63,252 bases of DNA, filler included, from Octopus bimaculoides (GCF_001194135.2; 6 parts of 4 records of this genome joined end to end with filler, not necessarily neighbours in it), one strand, 5' to 3'; positions 25,596 through 39,420 are shown, counted from the first letter of the whole stretch. Notes: a model not told the origin generated them from the letters alone. Numbers and translations are program-made.

Positions 25596-27009
25596 TTCTA
25601 TATCATCTCGGATGCTACCCTTTCTTTCTCAACCACCACATTTTCTTTTGTATTGGTTTAGCGTTCTCTGTTCCCACTACAGCGTCATTCGGCTTCCCTC
25701 TTATAAATTCATTTGTTGCTCTTGTCTCTCTCTTGGCTAAATCTCCCCACCTCTCTCTCCCCCTATTATAGTGAGTGTACTATATTCTATTTCATCTCTT
25801 TGTCTACTCTTTCTAATGTTTCTTTTCCAGTTCTTTTTCTATACATTTTTCTAACTCCGTCATTACTCATTACCTATCCCACATGCTGGCGATTTGATTT
25901 TTCGCCTGGAATATTTCTGAGTATTTGTATTTATCTTTTAAATCTGTATACCTCCACCTCTTCTCCTTTTCATGTCTACATACTGTCACCTTGAATGTCT
26001 CTCTACACTAAACATTTGTTGTTTTTGTAGTTATTTTTAATCACACTTAACACTTATCACAAAAGAAACCCAGATTTCCGTCACCATTCATTTTTTTATT
26101 TTTCATTTTACTTCAGCATATTAACAAAGGCACAAATTAAAAGAAGGGAAAGCAGGATATTAATATTAACATTAATTAGCTAACTAGAGAGGAAATCAAC
26201 GAGTGATTTACTGTATCGAAAGATATAGATCAGATACATTTAAGTCCTGCTAAATCATTACGCATATAGCAACTTTTTCTCTACCACTCGAATATTCCCG
26301 CCAACAACGTTAACGCTAACCCCACGAACACCACCATTATCGTAACTTACGCCTTTACCTTTGTTGTAATAATCATCGTTATCACTATATTACCGCCACT
26401 GTTGTTATATTCACCATTGTCATCCTCTTTATCATTACCATTGTCTTAATTATTAGCTCTGTATTCATCGCCAGTGTTACTACTGTCATAGCCGTCATAA
26501 TTATCCCTATATTTATCATAATATACTCACTATCAATTCTTTTTTGCTTATGATAATGGTTTAGTTTTGCTGCAACTATTCTATCCTGTTTTCCGTCGCG
26601 GCGATGGATACGGAGATTGTGTTGATACTGGTGGTACTGACGATGACGACGATGATGACAGTGATGTTTTTACTCTCTGCATAGCAGTAGTACCAGGAAC
26701 AACTAAAAACAGAAAAATAACAAAACAAAGAAAAAAGGGAAACACGAACAGTAAATTCCAATGTTGAGCACAACGGTTGCTACTATAACACTTGATATCA
26801 ACATTATCGTAACGAATCTACTGTGCCGTTATTCTGATCATAAATATAATCTCAATCTGTGGTGCAGTTTTAGTTACTAATAGCCGTCATTAATTGCTTT
26901 AATTCATCCTACACCCTACTTCACCCTACCATCTAATTACTACTACTACTACTGCTACTACTACTTTCTAACATGCACAATATCCGATCGGTAGTTTATT
27001 TTAACCGCA

Positions 27010-27770
27010 ATAAGGCGATGTTAACATCGGCGGGACTCGAACTCGATATATATAAAGGACTGGAGCAAAAACTGCATGGCATTTTGACCGACGCTGTAAC
27101 GATTCTGCTAACCCACCATTCCTCCACCTAATAATTTTCTAATTTAGATACAAGGCCAACAGTTTTGAGAGACGCGGGTTAGCCGAATACACTAACGCCA
27201 GCATTTGACTAGTACGGCTCAGGCGGGTTGAAAAGCAAAGTTGTCTTGGCGAGTTTTTAACTCAGAGGGTAAATAGCCTGGCATTTCGTCAGATGTTTTA
27301 ACAATTTTGTCAGTCCACCATCTCCATCTAACATCAAAGTTACTAGGCCAAAAATGTGAGGGTAGGAGGTCATTTGTTAGAATTGACAGGCCTCACCAGA
27401 ATGATGAAACGCAAAGTTGCCCTTTTGAACTCAGGGCTTAAATATTTGTAACTAAATATTAAAAGGCATTTTGTCAGATGTAACAGTTCTATCAATTCAT
27501 CATAGGCCTTAATCTATAAATTTGAGGTAAGGTAATATATGGTCGTACAATGAATCCAATAAGATTAATTTCAAATTTTGGCTCAAGGCCATCAAGTTTG
27601 GGGGAGGGGTAAGTCGTTTGCATTAATACTAGTGCTCAACTGGTACTTATTTTATCGACTCCGAAAGGATGAAAGACAAAGTCGACTTGAACTCAGAATG
27701 TAAAGACGGACGAAATGCCGCCAAGTATTTCAACCGAAGGGCTAACGATTCTGCTAGCCCAACGCCCCAG
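27010..27770 (-). mobile_element. Cluster of about four decayed SINE family A copies
   Basis: Repeated GAACTCAG...CATTT...AACGATTCTG blocks; the best copy is 27575-27770. Confidence 0.65.
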
Positions 27771-28389
27771 TGAATCCAGTAATATCAACAACTCTGATAG
27801 CTTATAGCAGAGGCACACGACCACTGATCTCTGCTGTAGGGAAGAGTAATATAATCCAGTCACACTTATTTTGTGTGACGCTCAGAAGAATGACCGGCGA
27901 AGTCAATCACGGCTGCATATCTCTTTCTGTTGCTGCTGCACCCCTCCTAATACGTGTTTATAGAACACCTTTATACTTTTACAATTGAGATTGCGGATAT
28001 CAATTCTACTTTTAACAATTTTCTTTTGTAAATGAAGGGGAAATAGGATGTAGTAATGTTTATCGTTATCTCAAATGAAGTCAAACAGAGACTGAAATCC
28101 GGTCATAAACACGCCTCACCGGGAGTTTGCTTTCTGATTTTACCGCTTTTTTTGTTTTGCTTTTTTACGAAAGATATTATTTCTCGCATTAGTACAAGGT
28201 CACACATTTGTAGGGCAGATGTGCAACTGAGTGAATTTGCCCTGATTCATATCAACTTCGAATTTTAGAGACACTACGCTCCACTAGAATTCGATCCCAG
28301 AACCTTGAAGGATGGCATTGAATACTGTAACGTGTTCAGTCTGACAGTATTCTTGCTTGTGTTGATTACAATACAACCCTCTATAACAC

Positions 28390-28431
28390 ATAGCTACTAC
28401 TACTGCTACAACAACAACAACAACAACAACA

Positions 28432-28474
<43 letters not shown>

Positions 28475-28666
28475 ACGATGATAATGATTGTGGTGGTGAT
28501 GATGGCGATGATGCTGTTACTGATGCTTTTATAACGGTGGTTAATAACTTAGAATTAGTAATTACTACTAATTGTAGAAGCTTTAACTGGTACAATAGTG
28601 AAAGCAGTCGTCGTTACTGTGGATGATATCGTAGTAAGTTGTATTAGCTGCAGCAACTGCAGCCTA

Positions 28667-28745
<79 letters not shown>
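28390..28745. repeat. Compound triplet microsatellites (CAA/CTA/CTG/GAT) and perfect (CTA)n at 28667-28745
   Basis: Direct inspection. Confidence 0.9.
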
Positions 28746-30067
28746 AATATATGCCCAATTCGATGATTATTGTTTCCGTATTAAAGGAAGGAATGTAACC
28801 CAATTTTATTAATCAGAGAAGGTACCATATTGTCTGTAGCGATAATGTAGTACAAGCAGAGTTATGTAATCATAACACGCATTTATATTCTGTATTGCTA
28901 TATTCAACAGTGTAGCTTCCAGAGTTAGAGCGACAGTCATGTGCACTGTGTGTCTGTGTGCACGTGTAATAGCGTGCACGTTGGCAAGCGCACTGTGAGA
29001 GTGCATCGTGCATTTGTGTGTAGGTGTTTCTTTATGCATGCGTATTTGCGTATATTCATTGTTGTAAGCTTGGGATGTAACTTAACAGAAACTTTCAACC
29101 TCTGTATTTTTATTGAGAACGGGTTTCCTTTATAATCTCCGCCCATTTTCCTAAACTGTATGGTTTGTTTACAACTCAAAAGAAAGTTCTCTGAAGAAGA
29201 TACGAGTTATGTCGATTGAATCATTCTCGCTATTATCCTGGTGCTTATTTACTCGCGGTAGGAGAATGATAAGGCAAGGTCGAATGATAAGGCAAAGTCG
29301 AACTCAGAACATTTACAGCATCTGGGTTAGCAAACGACCATTCTTAGCTCTCCTTTCATATTAATATTTTATCGGCACGGAACAAAATATTTTTAAAGGA
29401 CAATAAACGGGAAGTTGTCATTACCTTGGTTTTCTCAAGGGCGAAGAAATTGATATGAAAATACTACAGATAAACGAAACTGTTTCGATGTATCATAAAT
29501 GTGGACCCCATTGCCCCCACCCCCAAGTCACCCTGACCGCATTATTATTTATTTCTAACATAGGTACAAGTCAATAATTTTGGGGTCTCCCATCAATTAT
29601 ATTAATATCAGAACAAGACCTATGAATTGAGACTCAGCGTGAGCGTATAACATGTGACAAGTTGTTATAAATTTTTTTTGTCTGTATCGATTCAGTCACC
29701 TGCTCTGCTCTATAATTACATTTTAATATTTGACATAGAGTCACAGAATTTTTAAAAGTATAATGACGATTAAATTTATATCAAGCGCATGTACAACGGT
29801 GTGTTTCAGAGGTACGCTTCCTCCCTTCCACATAGTTTCGGATTCACTCCCAACCGCGTGGCGCCTCCAGCAAGTGTCTTTTACGTATAGCTCCGGACCG
29901 ACCAAAACCTTGTGGGAGCAAGCTGATAGTCAGAAAATTGTGCAGAAGCCCTTTGTATATGAATATATTTTACATATATTTACGCGCGCACACGCGCACA
30001 CACACGTGTGTATGTATACATACACATATATATGCACACATATATCTGTAAATATATATACATGAGC

Positions 30068-30122
<55 letters not shown>

Positions 30123-30139
30123 CACACGTATGATGCTGG

Positions 30140-31532
30140 TATTTCATTTTATTAACCGCGGAAGGATGAAAGTCAAAGATTACCTTGATGGAATCTGAAC
30201 TCAGAACGTAAAGCGTCGCAACAAGTATAGCCGGGCCTTTTGTCCATCGGGGTAAAGACTCTGCTAATTCACCGCCCACCCAATGACTTAATCATTATTT
30301 CTAACAGAGGCACAAGGCTAGGAAGTTGTTGGGAAGAGGTTAGTCATTTAAATCGATCATGCAATTGACTGCTGCTTTACTTTCATCGACCAAAGAAAGA
30401 TGAAAGGCAAAATATCTCAACTCACGCAGCACTTACTCTACGCGATTAACATCCAGTAAAATAACACAACACACGTTCCTACATAACCGATAACTAACAC
30501 TAACTAATGCGACTCTCGTTCTACACATTTGCAATCCATTAATGCTACGCAAATCACTCCCATTTATTCTACACAATTACCGCCCGGCACTGAATGACAC
30601 TAAATACCACCAATCACACAGCGTTTACGAGATATAATCCTTACCCAATAAAATGACACAACACACATTGAACATTCGTTATACAACAGAAGACTCATTA
30701 AAATAGTACAAGATACAAGAAATCGAACTCAACAACAAGGGAAAATTAGTATTCAAACATGGGTCTACATTCCCAAATGACAATGCTATACTTAATAACC
30801 CGAAGCTGCACTTAATTTGCAATAGAAACTCATATAAAAATGTTGAAATGAAAATAATAAAAATTGCTTCTGTTCTAGGTACATGACCAGCAATTTTAGA
30901 ATGAGGGAATTTATCGTTTAAATCAACCCCAGTCCGTGACTGGTACTTCATTTCATCAACCACAAAAGAATAGAAAGCAAAGTTGAACATAGCGAGATTT
31001 GAACTCAGAATCTAAATGACGAGAAGAAATACCATAAGACATTTCTTAAAACGCTCTAATGATACAACCGTCTAGCCACTTTCGATGGTTTCTAATTTGA
31101 ACAGAAGGTCAGGCGGCGAACTGGTAGAATCCTTTGCACGCCAGACAAAATGCCTAGCGGCGTTTCGTCCGTCTTTACGATCTGAGTTCATTAGAGTCGA
31201 TTGTACCTTTCATCCTTTTGGGGTCGATACGATATGTACCAGTTGAGCACTGGAGTCGATGTAATCGATTAATCCCTCTCCTAATCTCACTGGCCTTGTG
31301 CCAAAATTTCAAATCAATTTAAGCAGAAGGTTAGTAATTTCATGAAAAGGGCGGTAGTCGACTGGCGTTACATTTTATCGACCCCACCAGAGGGATGAAA
31401 GTTGACATCGACGTGATTTGAACTCAAATGGCAAAAAACCGAAACCGAATTAGACAAAGCAATTTTTCCGATGCTTAAACGATCTTGACTGGCTGCCAAA
31501 TACTAAAATTATTATTATTATTTTTATTTATT

Positions 31533-31586
<54 letters not shown>

Positions 31587-31910
31587 TTTAACACATAACA
31601 TATAATCTATGTGGTACTTACGCAAAAGACAAAGTATATCAACTAATGCGGTGTTCCAGCATGGCCGCAGTCAAATGACTGAAATAAGTAAAAGAATAAA
31701 AGAATATTTTATCGAGGAAGAATACTACCGACTATGACTTAAGTTGCTTATATAATAAATTTCGAAGGTGTTGAGCTGGCAGAATCGTTAGCACGCCGGG
31801 TGAAATGCTTAGCGGTATTTCGTCTGGGGCTACGTTCTAAGTTCAAATTCCGCTGAGGTCGACTTTGCCTTTCATCCTTTCAGAATCGATAAATTAAGCA
31901 CCAGTTATAA
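30140..31910. mobile_element. Cluster of SINE family A copies in both orientations plus a family B tail
   Basis: Minus copies at about 30140-30290, 30300-30420, 30880-31060 and 31320-31500; plus copies at about 31085-31320 and 31770-31910. Confidence 0.7.
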
Positions 31911-32404
31911 TACAACTCGCAGCGATTTGCATTCTGTGACTCGGCATTTCTCATGGAGCGCAGGTTACTCCCGAACTATAAGACACCACCTTTGAAATCG
32001 AACGCTGTCAAGGTTTCACTTATTGTCGATGTCTGATCAATTAGGCACGTATTATGTGCACATGAGTCTTTTGTTTGACTAATTGCCGTTTGTCATTAAC
32101 GCTATACTTACAAATACATATATATGCATTTATACATGCATACATACATACATACTAGTAAATCGTGNNNNNNNNNNCATGCATACATACATACATACTA
32201 GTAAATCGTGTCAATGTGTCTGTGTGAATACACACTCACATACACACACATGCATGCATACATAAGATATAAATATATATATGTGTATGTGTATGTGTTA
32301 GTCTGTTTGTGTGTGTGTGAGTCTGTATTCACACAGACACATGTATATGTATTACTAAATAGCAGCTGCAACATTCGTAAAATAACCTTTTTCAGCGCTT
32401 GGAA

Positions 32405-32830
32405 ACCTCTATTGAAGTAGATGATGCCTTCACTTATCTAGACAACGTAAACGGATATGGGGAAGGGTGCTCTGAAAAGTATTAATCACAGTAAGAACAG
32501 GATAGAAAAAGTTCACGCAACAATTATCTTTACTAGCAGAAAGAAATTCTCTCTCTTTGAGCAAGGGGTTTATTTTACGTTGCTTGTGTGCGAAGTGCGA
32601 TACGGTATGATAGTGAGACGTGGGCATTGAAAGCAGAGAATGTGCTAAGACTAGATAGAAATGAAGCAAGTATACTCCACTGTATACCATTATATGAATG
32701 ACGTGGTATAGATTAGCTAATAAATAAACTGGTACTAGAGGAATCTGTTGTAGTATGCAAGAAAGAAGTTAGCGTTGGCGTGGAGATGTAATGCATATGG
32801 ATGATAATGGATGGGTAACGTAATAATAAG
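32405..32830 (+). mobile_element. Decayed RTE-clade LINE fragment (RT C-terminal/thumb region)
   Basis: Peptides IEVDDAFTYLDNVNGYGEGCSE (from 32411), YDSETWALKAENVLRLDRNEASIL (from 32606) and a QERRL-W-like segment. Homologous to the cleaner RTE copy at 38370-39125. Confidence 0.65.
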
Positions 32831-32989
32831 AGATCTAAGTGGAAGGAGAGCACAAACGGCGAAGGCTGATCTTAGTATATCTTGTAGCTAACGAAAGGGA
32901 TGTCAAAGGAAAGCCAGATAGTGAGACGAAGGAATCTATCCAATCAATACAAGCATGAAAAAGAGGCCGGAAAAATATTGATGATCGTG

Positions 32990-33050
<61 letters not shown>

Positions 33051-33183
33051 NNNNNNNNNNNNNNNNNNNNNNNNNNNNNNNNNNNNNNNNNNNNNNNNNN
33101 NNNNNNNNNNNNNNNNNNNNNNNNNNNNNNNNNNNNNNNNNNNNNNNNNNNNNNNNNNNNNNNNNNNNNNNNNNNNNNNNNNN

Positions 33184-33216
<33 letters not shown>

Positions 33217-33248
33217 TGTTTCAGTCACACACACGCACACACGCACAA

Positions 33249-33291
<43 letters not shown>

Positions 33292-33298
33292 TATATAT

Positions 33299-34101
33299 TC
33301 GAGGTACAGTACACGGTTTGAGAACTTTTAGTAGAGAGAGTTATACCTGTTCCGGATTATTCTAATTTTAGTATATCACTACTTTACATGACCTGTCTAC
33401 TTTTGTTACTCCAGATTGAAGGAGATGACAGTAGCAACTCTTTGATCACACCCTGCTCAACACTGCTGTCCACATCTGACCTGTTTGTATAATGCTATTG
33501 GGAGGTGAAGACAATTTAGAAACTCGCTATGCAATAAAGTTTGACACTAAACTGGGCAAAATTGCAACAGAAACTGAAATACACTAGACTGTTTATAGAT
33601 TTGAATTTTAGATTTGAATTCTCGCCGGGACAAGAGGCCAGCCAAAGCAAGTCCACCAAGAAGCTCATAATGATCCTGTTTTCAACAGCAAGGACATCAT
33701 TTGAATCCACTGGACTCCCTTTAACCAGATTCTCAACAAAGAGTACTTTGTGGAACTTCTGAGGGAGGTCAGCAAGAACTTTGTCGCAAAAGTTCAGAGT
33801 ACCAGAATGAGGACAATGCATTAGTTTACAATTCCACCCTGGGAACCGACTGCGTCACAGAGATGGGTGTCAAAACTGTCTATACCCGCCTTAAAATCCA
33901 GGCCTTGTTGCTTGTGACTTTTACTTGTTTTCCAACCTGGAGGTGAAGATGAAGGAGTTTGGATATCTTCACTTTAGAGGACTTCCATAGATGGAACATT
34001 AAATTCGGAAGATCCTACTTTGAAAAAGATTAATTTCGTACTTTGAAATTAACAAATGATTCTCCTGAAAAAGAGTCCAAACTTCCGTAATTCGCCTTGT
34101 G
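33299..34101 (+). mobile_element. Internally deleted, decayed mariner (Tc1/mariner) transposon
   Basis: N-terminal ETRYAIKFDTKLGKIATET; catalytic-domain pieces QSKSTKKLIMILF, QILNKEYFVELLRE, EDNALVYNS...EMGVKTV and CDFYLFSNL (versus mariner QDNA...YSPDLAP.DF.LF). Weak TIR similarity between ends; flanked by TA-rich runs. Confidence 0.75.
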
Positions 34102-34145
34102 AATATATATACACACACACACACTATATATATATATATATATAT

Positions 34146-34245
34146 NNNNNNNNNNNNNNNNNNNNNNNNNNNNNNNNNNNNNNNNNNNNTTAATTAATTA
34201 ANNNNNNNNNNNNNNNNNNNNNNNNNNNNNNNNNNNNNNNNNNNN
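34146..34245. other. Artificial 100-bp join spacer N44-TTAATTAATTAA-N44
   Basis: Same layout. Confidence 0.9.
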
Positions 34246-35174
34246 CTATTCACCAAACTGCTACCAAACTGCTACTCAACTTTTCCCTAAAACAATGGTG
34301 GTAGTGGTGGTGGTAATAATGATAAAAATTAAAAAAATAATAATATGCTGCAGCTGCTAATACTAAATACTACTAACACTAAATTAACACTACAACTACT
34401 ACTATTATGATAGTAGTCAACTACCCCCCTCCCACAAAATTTCAGGCCTTGTGCCTATAGTAGAAAGGATTATTATTATCATTATTATTTTATCTTAATA
34501 TTCCCTGAAATGCTATTCCTCAAATTTGCATTAATGCATTCAAATCAACACATTAGTATTAGTTTCATGCTTTGTTTATTCAATCTGTCCTCCAAAATAT
34601 GAATATAAATGTTCAAATACACAGACAGACAAACAGATAGCGAGACAGACAGACAGACAGACAGACAGACATAATTATAGATGTAGACATATGAGAGTGG
34701 TATAGTTAGTAATATTCATTATGTGATATTGTTATTATAAACTACTGGTTACAATAAACAAAAATAATCTCAACTTGTAATTATGCATATATATATATAT
34801 ATATATAGATATCTGTGTGCGCATCTACAAATATGTGTCTGCGTAGTTACCTAGAATCCATAAGTCAGAAAAAGATAGGTATTCTTATATTTGTTAATAG
34901 AGGCGGGTATATTAATCAAAGTATGCTGTATTATCGATCTATTACAACTGATCTTACCAATTGGTTTCACAATGGGTATTAATCAAGATGTGAGAAAACA
35001 GCAAGACTAAATAATACAGCATGCTTGTCAGAGCTGGCAGGTATGTAAAAAACTTGGGCAGCTGTTCTTTTGTTATTTAGCTTCTGGTTTAATACCTAAT
35101 GTGAAACTGATTCAGAAGATTGGTCATAATAGACATATAACACTGTACAGTTTAATTAATATATGTATGTATAT

Positions 35175-35464
35175 GTAATGTTTAGTGGTTAAGGTGTTGC
35201 ACTCACAATTGCAAAATCGTAGGTTCAATTACTAGACTGGGCATTGTGTCTTGTTCTTGAGCAAAGCACTTCATTTCACGTAGCTCTGCAATCATTTCGA
35301 CATCTGACATGTGGCACCCATTGCACCTGTACAGGTAATGTCGATCTGATGGTAGGAGTGAACTTATGTCTACACAAACATTTGATCACTAGAAACAAAT
35401 CATCTGTATGATTGTGCGGTCAGAAATTGTTGAACCCTCATATGCCATCTAACAACAGGAGAGT

Positions 35465-35470
<6 letters not shown>
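35175..35470 (+). mobile_element. tRNA-derived SINE (family C)
   Basis: TAGTGGTTAAGGTGTTGCACTCAC...GGTTCAATT...CTTGAGCAAAGCACTTCATTTCACG. Confidence 0.75.
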
Positions 35471-35507
<37 letters not shown>

Positions 35508-35820
35508 TCAAAGGACATATTAAGTATGTCTACCTGCTGGGAATAACAGACAAAACTCATATTTAAATCACCAAAATACACTGATAATAACTACAAAAAT
35601 CAAGTGTCTGAAGGCAAACAGACTAAGACAATCTCTCAGCATACATTCAAGTATTTGGACTCACATGGACAGCTTTCTGTACTGGCATTACAGCCTCACC
35701 TTCCTCAGCACACATTACCATGATGGAGAACCCCAATCTTTCACATTAAAATCTATGCTGCAACTGATTCATTTTGCAGCAAATCATGGCAGCTACCAGC
35801 GTGAAAATAGTTTCAATGCA

Positions 35821-36420
35821 GAGCAAATAATTCAGGAGAAAATATTTGTGAAGATATCATTGACTCTATTATTATCTAGTGTAACAATTAAAAAATGATA
35901 ATAACAGAATCAATAATATAGGTGTTTGAGGCCTGAAAACAGCATTAAATAGCTGAAGGACCAAAATTAATCAAAGGACATACTAAGTATGTCTACTGCT
36001 GGGAATAACAGGTGGCTGCCATGATTCAGCGCAAAACAAGTCAATTGCAGCACAGACTTCAATGCAAAGGGTTGAGAATGGTAAGCTATTATGCCAGTCC
36101 AGAAACTGATCCACTTGAGTTCAAATACTTGAATGTATGCTGAGAGATTGTCTTAGCTCATTTGCCTTCAGACAGTTGATTTCTGTAGTTATTATCAGTG
36201 TATTTTGGCAATTTAAATAAGAGTTTTGACTGTTATTTCCAGCAGGGAGACATACTTAGTATGTCCTTTGATTAATTTTAATCCTTCAGCTATTTAATGC
36301 CTTTTTGGGGCCTGAAATTGCCTATATTATTGCCTGGTATCATCATTTTAAAATTATTACACTAGCTAATAATAGAGTCCATGATATCTTCACAAATATT
36401 TTCTCTTGAATTATTTGCTC
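35821..36420. repeat. Long inverted repeat (about 190-bp arms, 218-bp spacer)
   Basis: 35821-36011 is the reverse complement of 36230-36420; the outermost 60 bp match at 57/60. The right arm runs into an N gap. Confidence 0.9.
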
Positions 36421-37926
36421 CNNNNNNNNNNNNNNNNNNNNNNNNNNNNNNNNNNNNNNNNNNNNNNNNNNNNNNNNNNNNNNNNNNNNNNNNNNNNNNN
36501 NNNNNNNNNNNNNNNNNNNNNNNNNNNNNNNNNNNNNNNNNNNNNNNNNNNNNNNNNNNNNNNNNNNNNNNNNNNNNNNNNNNNNNNNNNNNNNNNNNNN
36601 NNNNNGAAATAGTTTAATGAAATTTTATTTAACAATAAGAAAATTTTAATACCATGATAAATTGTTTCATAACTTAAAAACATGTAAATAATTTATATTA
36701 TTATATTTAATAATAAGTAAATTACTTAGATGGCAGCATTAATGCAAGATGCAAAAAATCCTATTGTATCGTACTATATATTTTATATGTTTTGTAGAAT
36801 GATATATTAAGGAGCATTTTTTATGAGTACTACCAGGTTACTTGAATCCATATATCGTGACTTAAATACATCTTTATGAAAGGATGGTATCATCTAAGGA
36901 AATACTGGTTCAATATCTAATATTTTGGAGGGGAGGTTAATATCTATAAAATAATAAGTTTATATATAAACCATGATTTATAATCATGCAAATGATAATA
37001 AGAAAATGGAGATATTGAAGTTAATAAAAGTTCATTATCAGCAAAAAATCATTCATTATCCCTTACAGCTGTTTCATTTAAGCTTATAATTATTAAAATC
37101 ATATTTCTGAGCTTAATCTCTTCAGAGGGAAGAATATACCCTTATATATTTTATGTGTTAGTTTTTTGAATTATCATGGCAGACTCTGCCGTGATGATTC
37201 ATTTATGATTCCTTTATGATTATTTTGTTATGACTATTTAATATTAGGACAACTATAGCTAGCCTCATTTGCTGGTTATCACCAAGGTACAGCAGGCAAA
37301 CATCAACATGCCTGTGAAAACTCAATATTTTTAACATGACATCACTTTATGTAGGCATGTATCTGATGTGACCCAGACGAAACTGATTGATGCTGCACAA
37401 TTGGATGCACAACATCCCATCCATAAAGGACAGTCACATGCATAAAACACATGCATAAGTGTGTGCATGTGTGTACAAATATATACAGACACACACTTAC
37501 ACAAATATAATGGTCATAATGAACAGAACAAAAAGAACACAATACATGCACTTGAGTGCCTTTATATCGGTTTCTAATTTTTGGCACAAGGCCAGCAGTT
37601 TCAAAGGAAAGTAAGTTGATTACATCAACCCCAGTGATCAACTGGTACTTATTTTATTGACCTCGAAAGGATGATAATGAGTGTCGTTATATTATTTGGT
37701 TGAAGCAAATGATCAGTTACATGTGATGTTCAAGATACAACTTAAGTCATCAACCAAATGACATATATATGTACATGTACATACACTCACACACACACAC
37801 ACACACACACACACAGATTGTTAGATAGATACATACATAGTCATTTATATGTATGTGTATATATGTGTATATATTCACACACACACACATACATACATGT
37901 GTTGGAGTACATATATATTTACCTGC

Positions 37927-37987
<61 letters not shown>

Positions 37988-38039
37988 GTTGTAATAGTTT
38001 TATATATATATATATATATTATTTATCTATCAATATATT

Positions 38040-38074
<35 letters not shown>

Positions 38075-38110
38075 CAAAAACTATANNNNNNNNNNNNNNN
38101 NNNNNNNNNN

Positions 38111-38144
<34 letters not shown>

Positions 38145-38369
38145 CAAAAACTATATATGCATGTATACACACATATATGTATATACTTTCATCTACATGT
38201 GTATATAGATGCATATCAGGGTACAGGACGTTAGAACAATGAACTACAGACAACGGAACGAACACATAGGGAAACAGAAAGCCACTTGGAATTATTCATC
38301 AGCTGCCTCTATTCTAACTCTACGTTTCGAAATATATATATATCATCATATATATATATATATATATAC

Positions 38370-39125
38370 TAGCTTCATTTCCTACAGGCTTATGCCTGTC
38401 CTTTGTGGTCACAGCCTAAGTTTCACTGCCATGAAGCATGGCTGTTCACACACAGGCATCATACAGTCTACCTTTCATTCTGAGGGAGAGGCCCTTTGTT
38501 ACCAACAAAGGTAGAAACTCTCTGAACTTTGCCCAGCCTATTCCTATTCTGGCAGCTATGCTCCCTGTGCATTCCCCTCCACTGCTGACATGGTCACCTA
38601 GATAATGGAAGTCATCAGCTACTTCTGTGTATCCCTATTGGCTACATTTCTAGTGTTTATCGTACCTGCATATTTGCCACACACAAACCTTCCTCTGATA
38701 TTGCTGCACCTCTTATTGGTACATCTTATGGAGTTTCTACCAACACCTTTTCTATATATTGAGCTGGGCCATCTATCTGAAGGGGTCTGTGATTTGTCTG
38801 CTTTCCTATTTTTAGATTTTTGTTTTTGCTAAATTGACTAAGGCCCTTTGATTCTAGACCTTGCTTCCACACCTGAAATTTCTTCTCTAGTTCTTGTGAT
38901 TCAGCTATAAGAACAAGATCATCTGCATACAGGAGCTCCCAGGGGTTGCCTGACTTAAATTTCTCTGTTATTGCCTGAAGGACTATGATGAACCAGATGG
39001 AGCTGAGGACTGATCCTTGGTGAACCCCTACTTGTACACTGAATTCATCACTATACTTGTTGCTAACCTTCACCTTACTGACAGCATCCCTGTATATGGC
39101 TTGTCCAGCTCTCACCAACCACTCA
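38370..39125 (-). mobile_element. RTE-clade LINE reverse transcriptase fragment (pseudogenised)
   Basis: VGVHQGSVLS...WELLYADDLVLIAES...WKQGLESKGL and downstream LLVTKGLSLRMKGRLYDACV*TAMLHGSET*AV. Stops and frameshifts are present. Confidence 0.9.
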
Positions 39126-39127
39126 TT

Positions 39128-39420
39128 TATCCCCTTATGTAGATTATATTATATTTTTTCCTCTCTTTTACATTATATTATATATAACACCCCTCTTGTA
39201 CATCACATTATATATAATACCCCTATTGTAGATTATATTATATATAACCCCTTTGTGTAGAGTCTATTATATAAAACTCTCACTTTTAGAATATATTATA
39301 CATAGCACCTCTTGTAGACTGTATTTTGTATAACTCACTATTTTGGATCATATATATAACCCTCTCTTGTAGATGATATTAAATATAATCCCCTCTTGTA
39401 GATTATATATTATATATATC
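39128..39420. repeat. Degenerate minisatellite of about 30 bp (TATATAACACCCCTCTTGTAGATTATATTA-like)
   Basis: Adjacent 30-bp units at 39181-39210 and 39211-39240; roughly 9-10 diverged copies. Confidence 0.75.

Noticed and set aside
32140-32210. Direct duplication flanking a 10-N gap (similar case at 38050-38150)
   Set aside because: Typical unmerged contig overlap, not biological.
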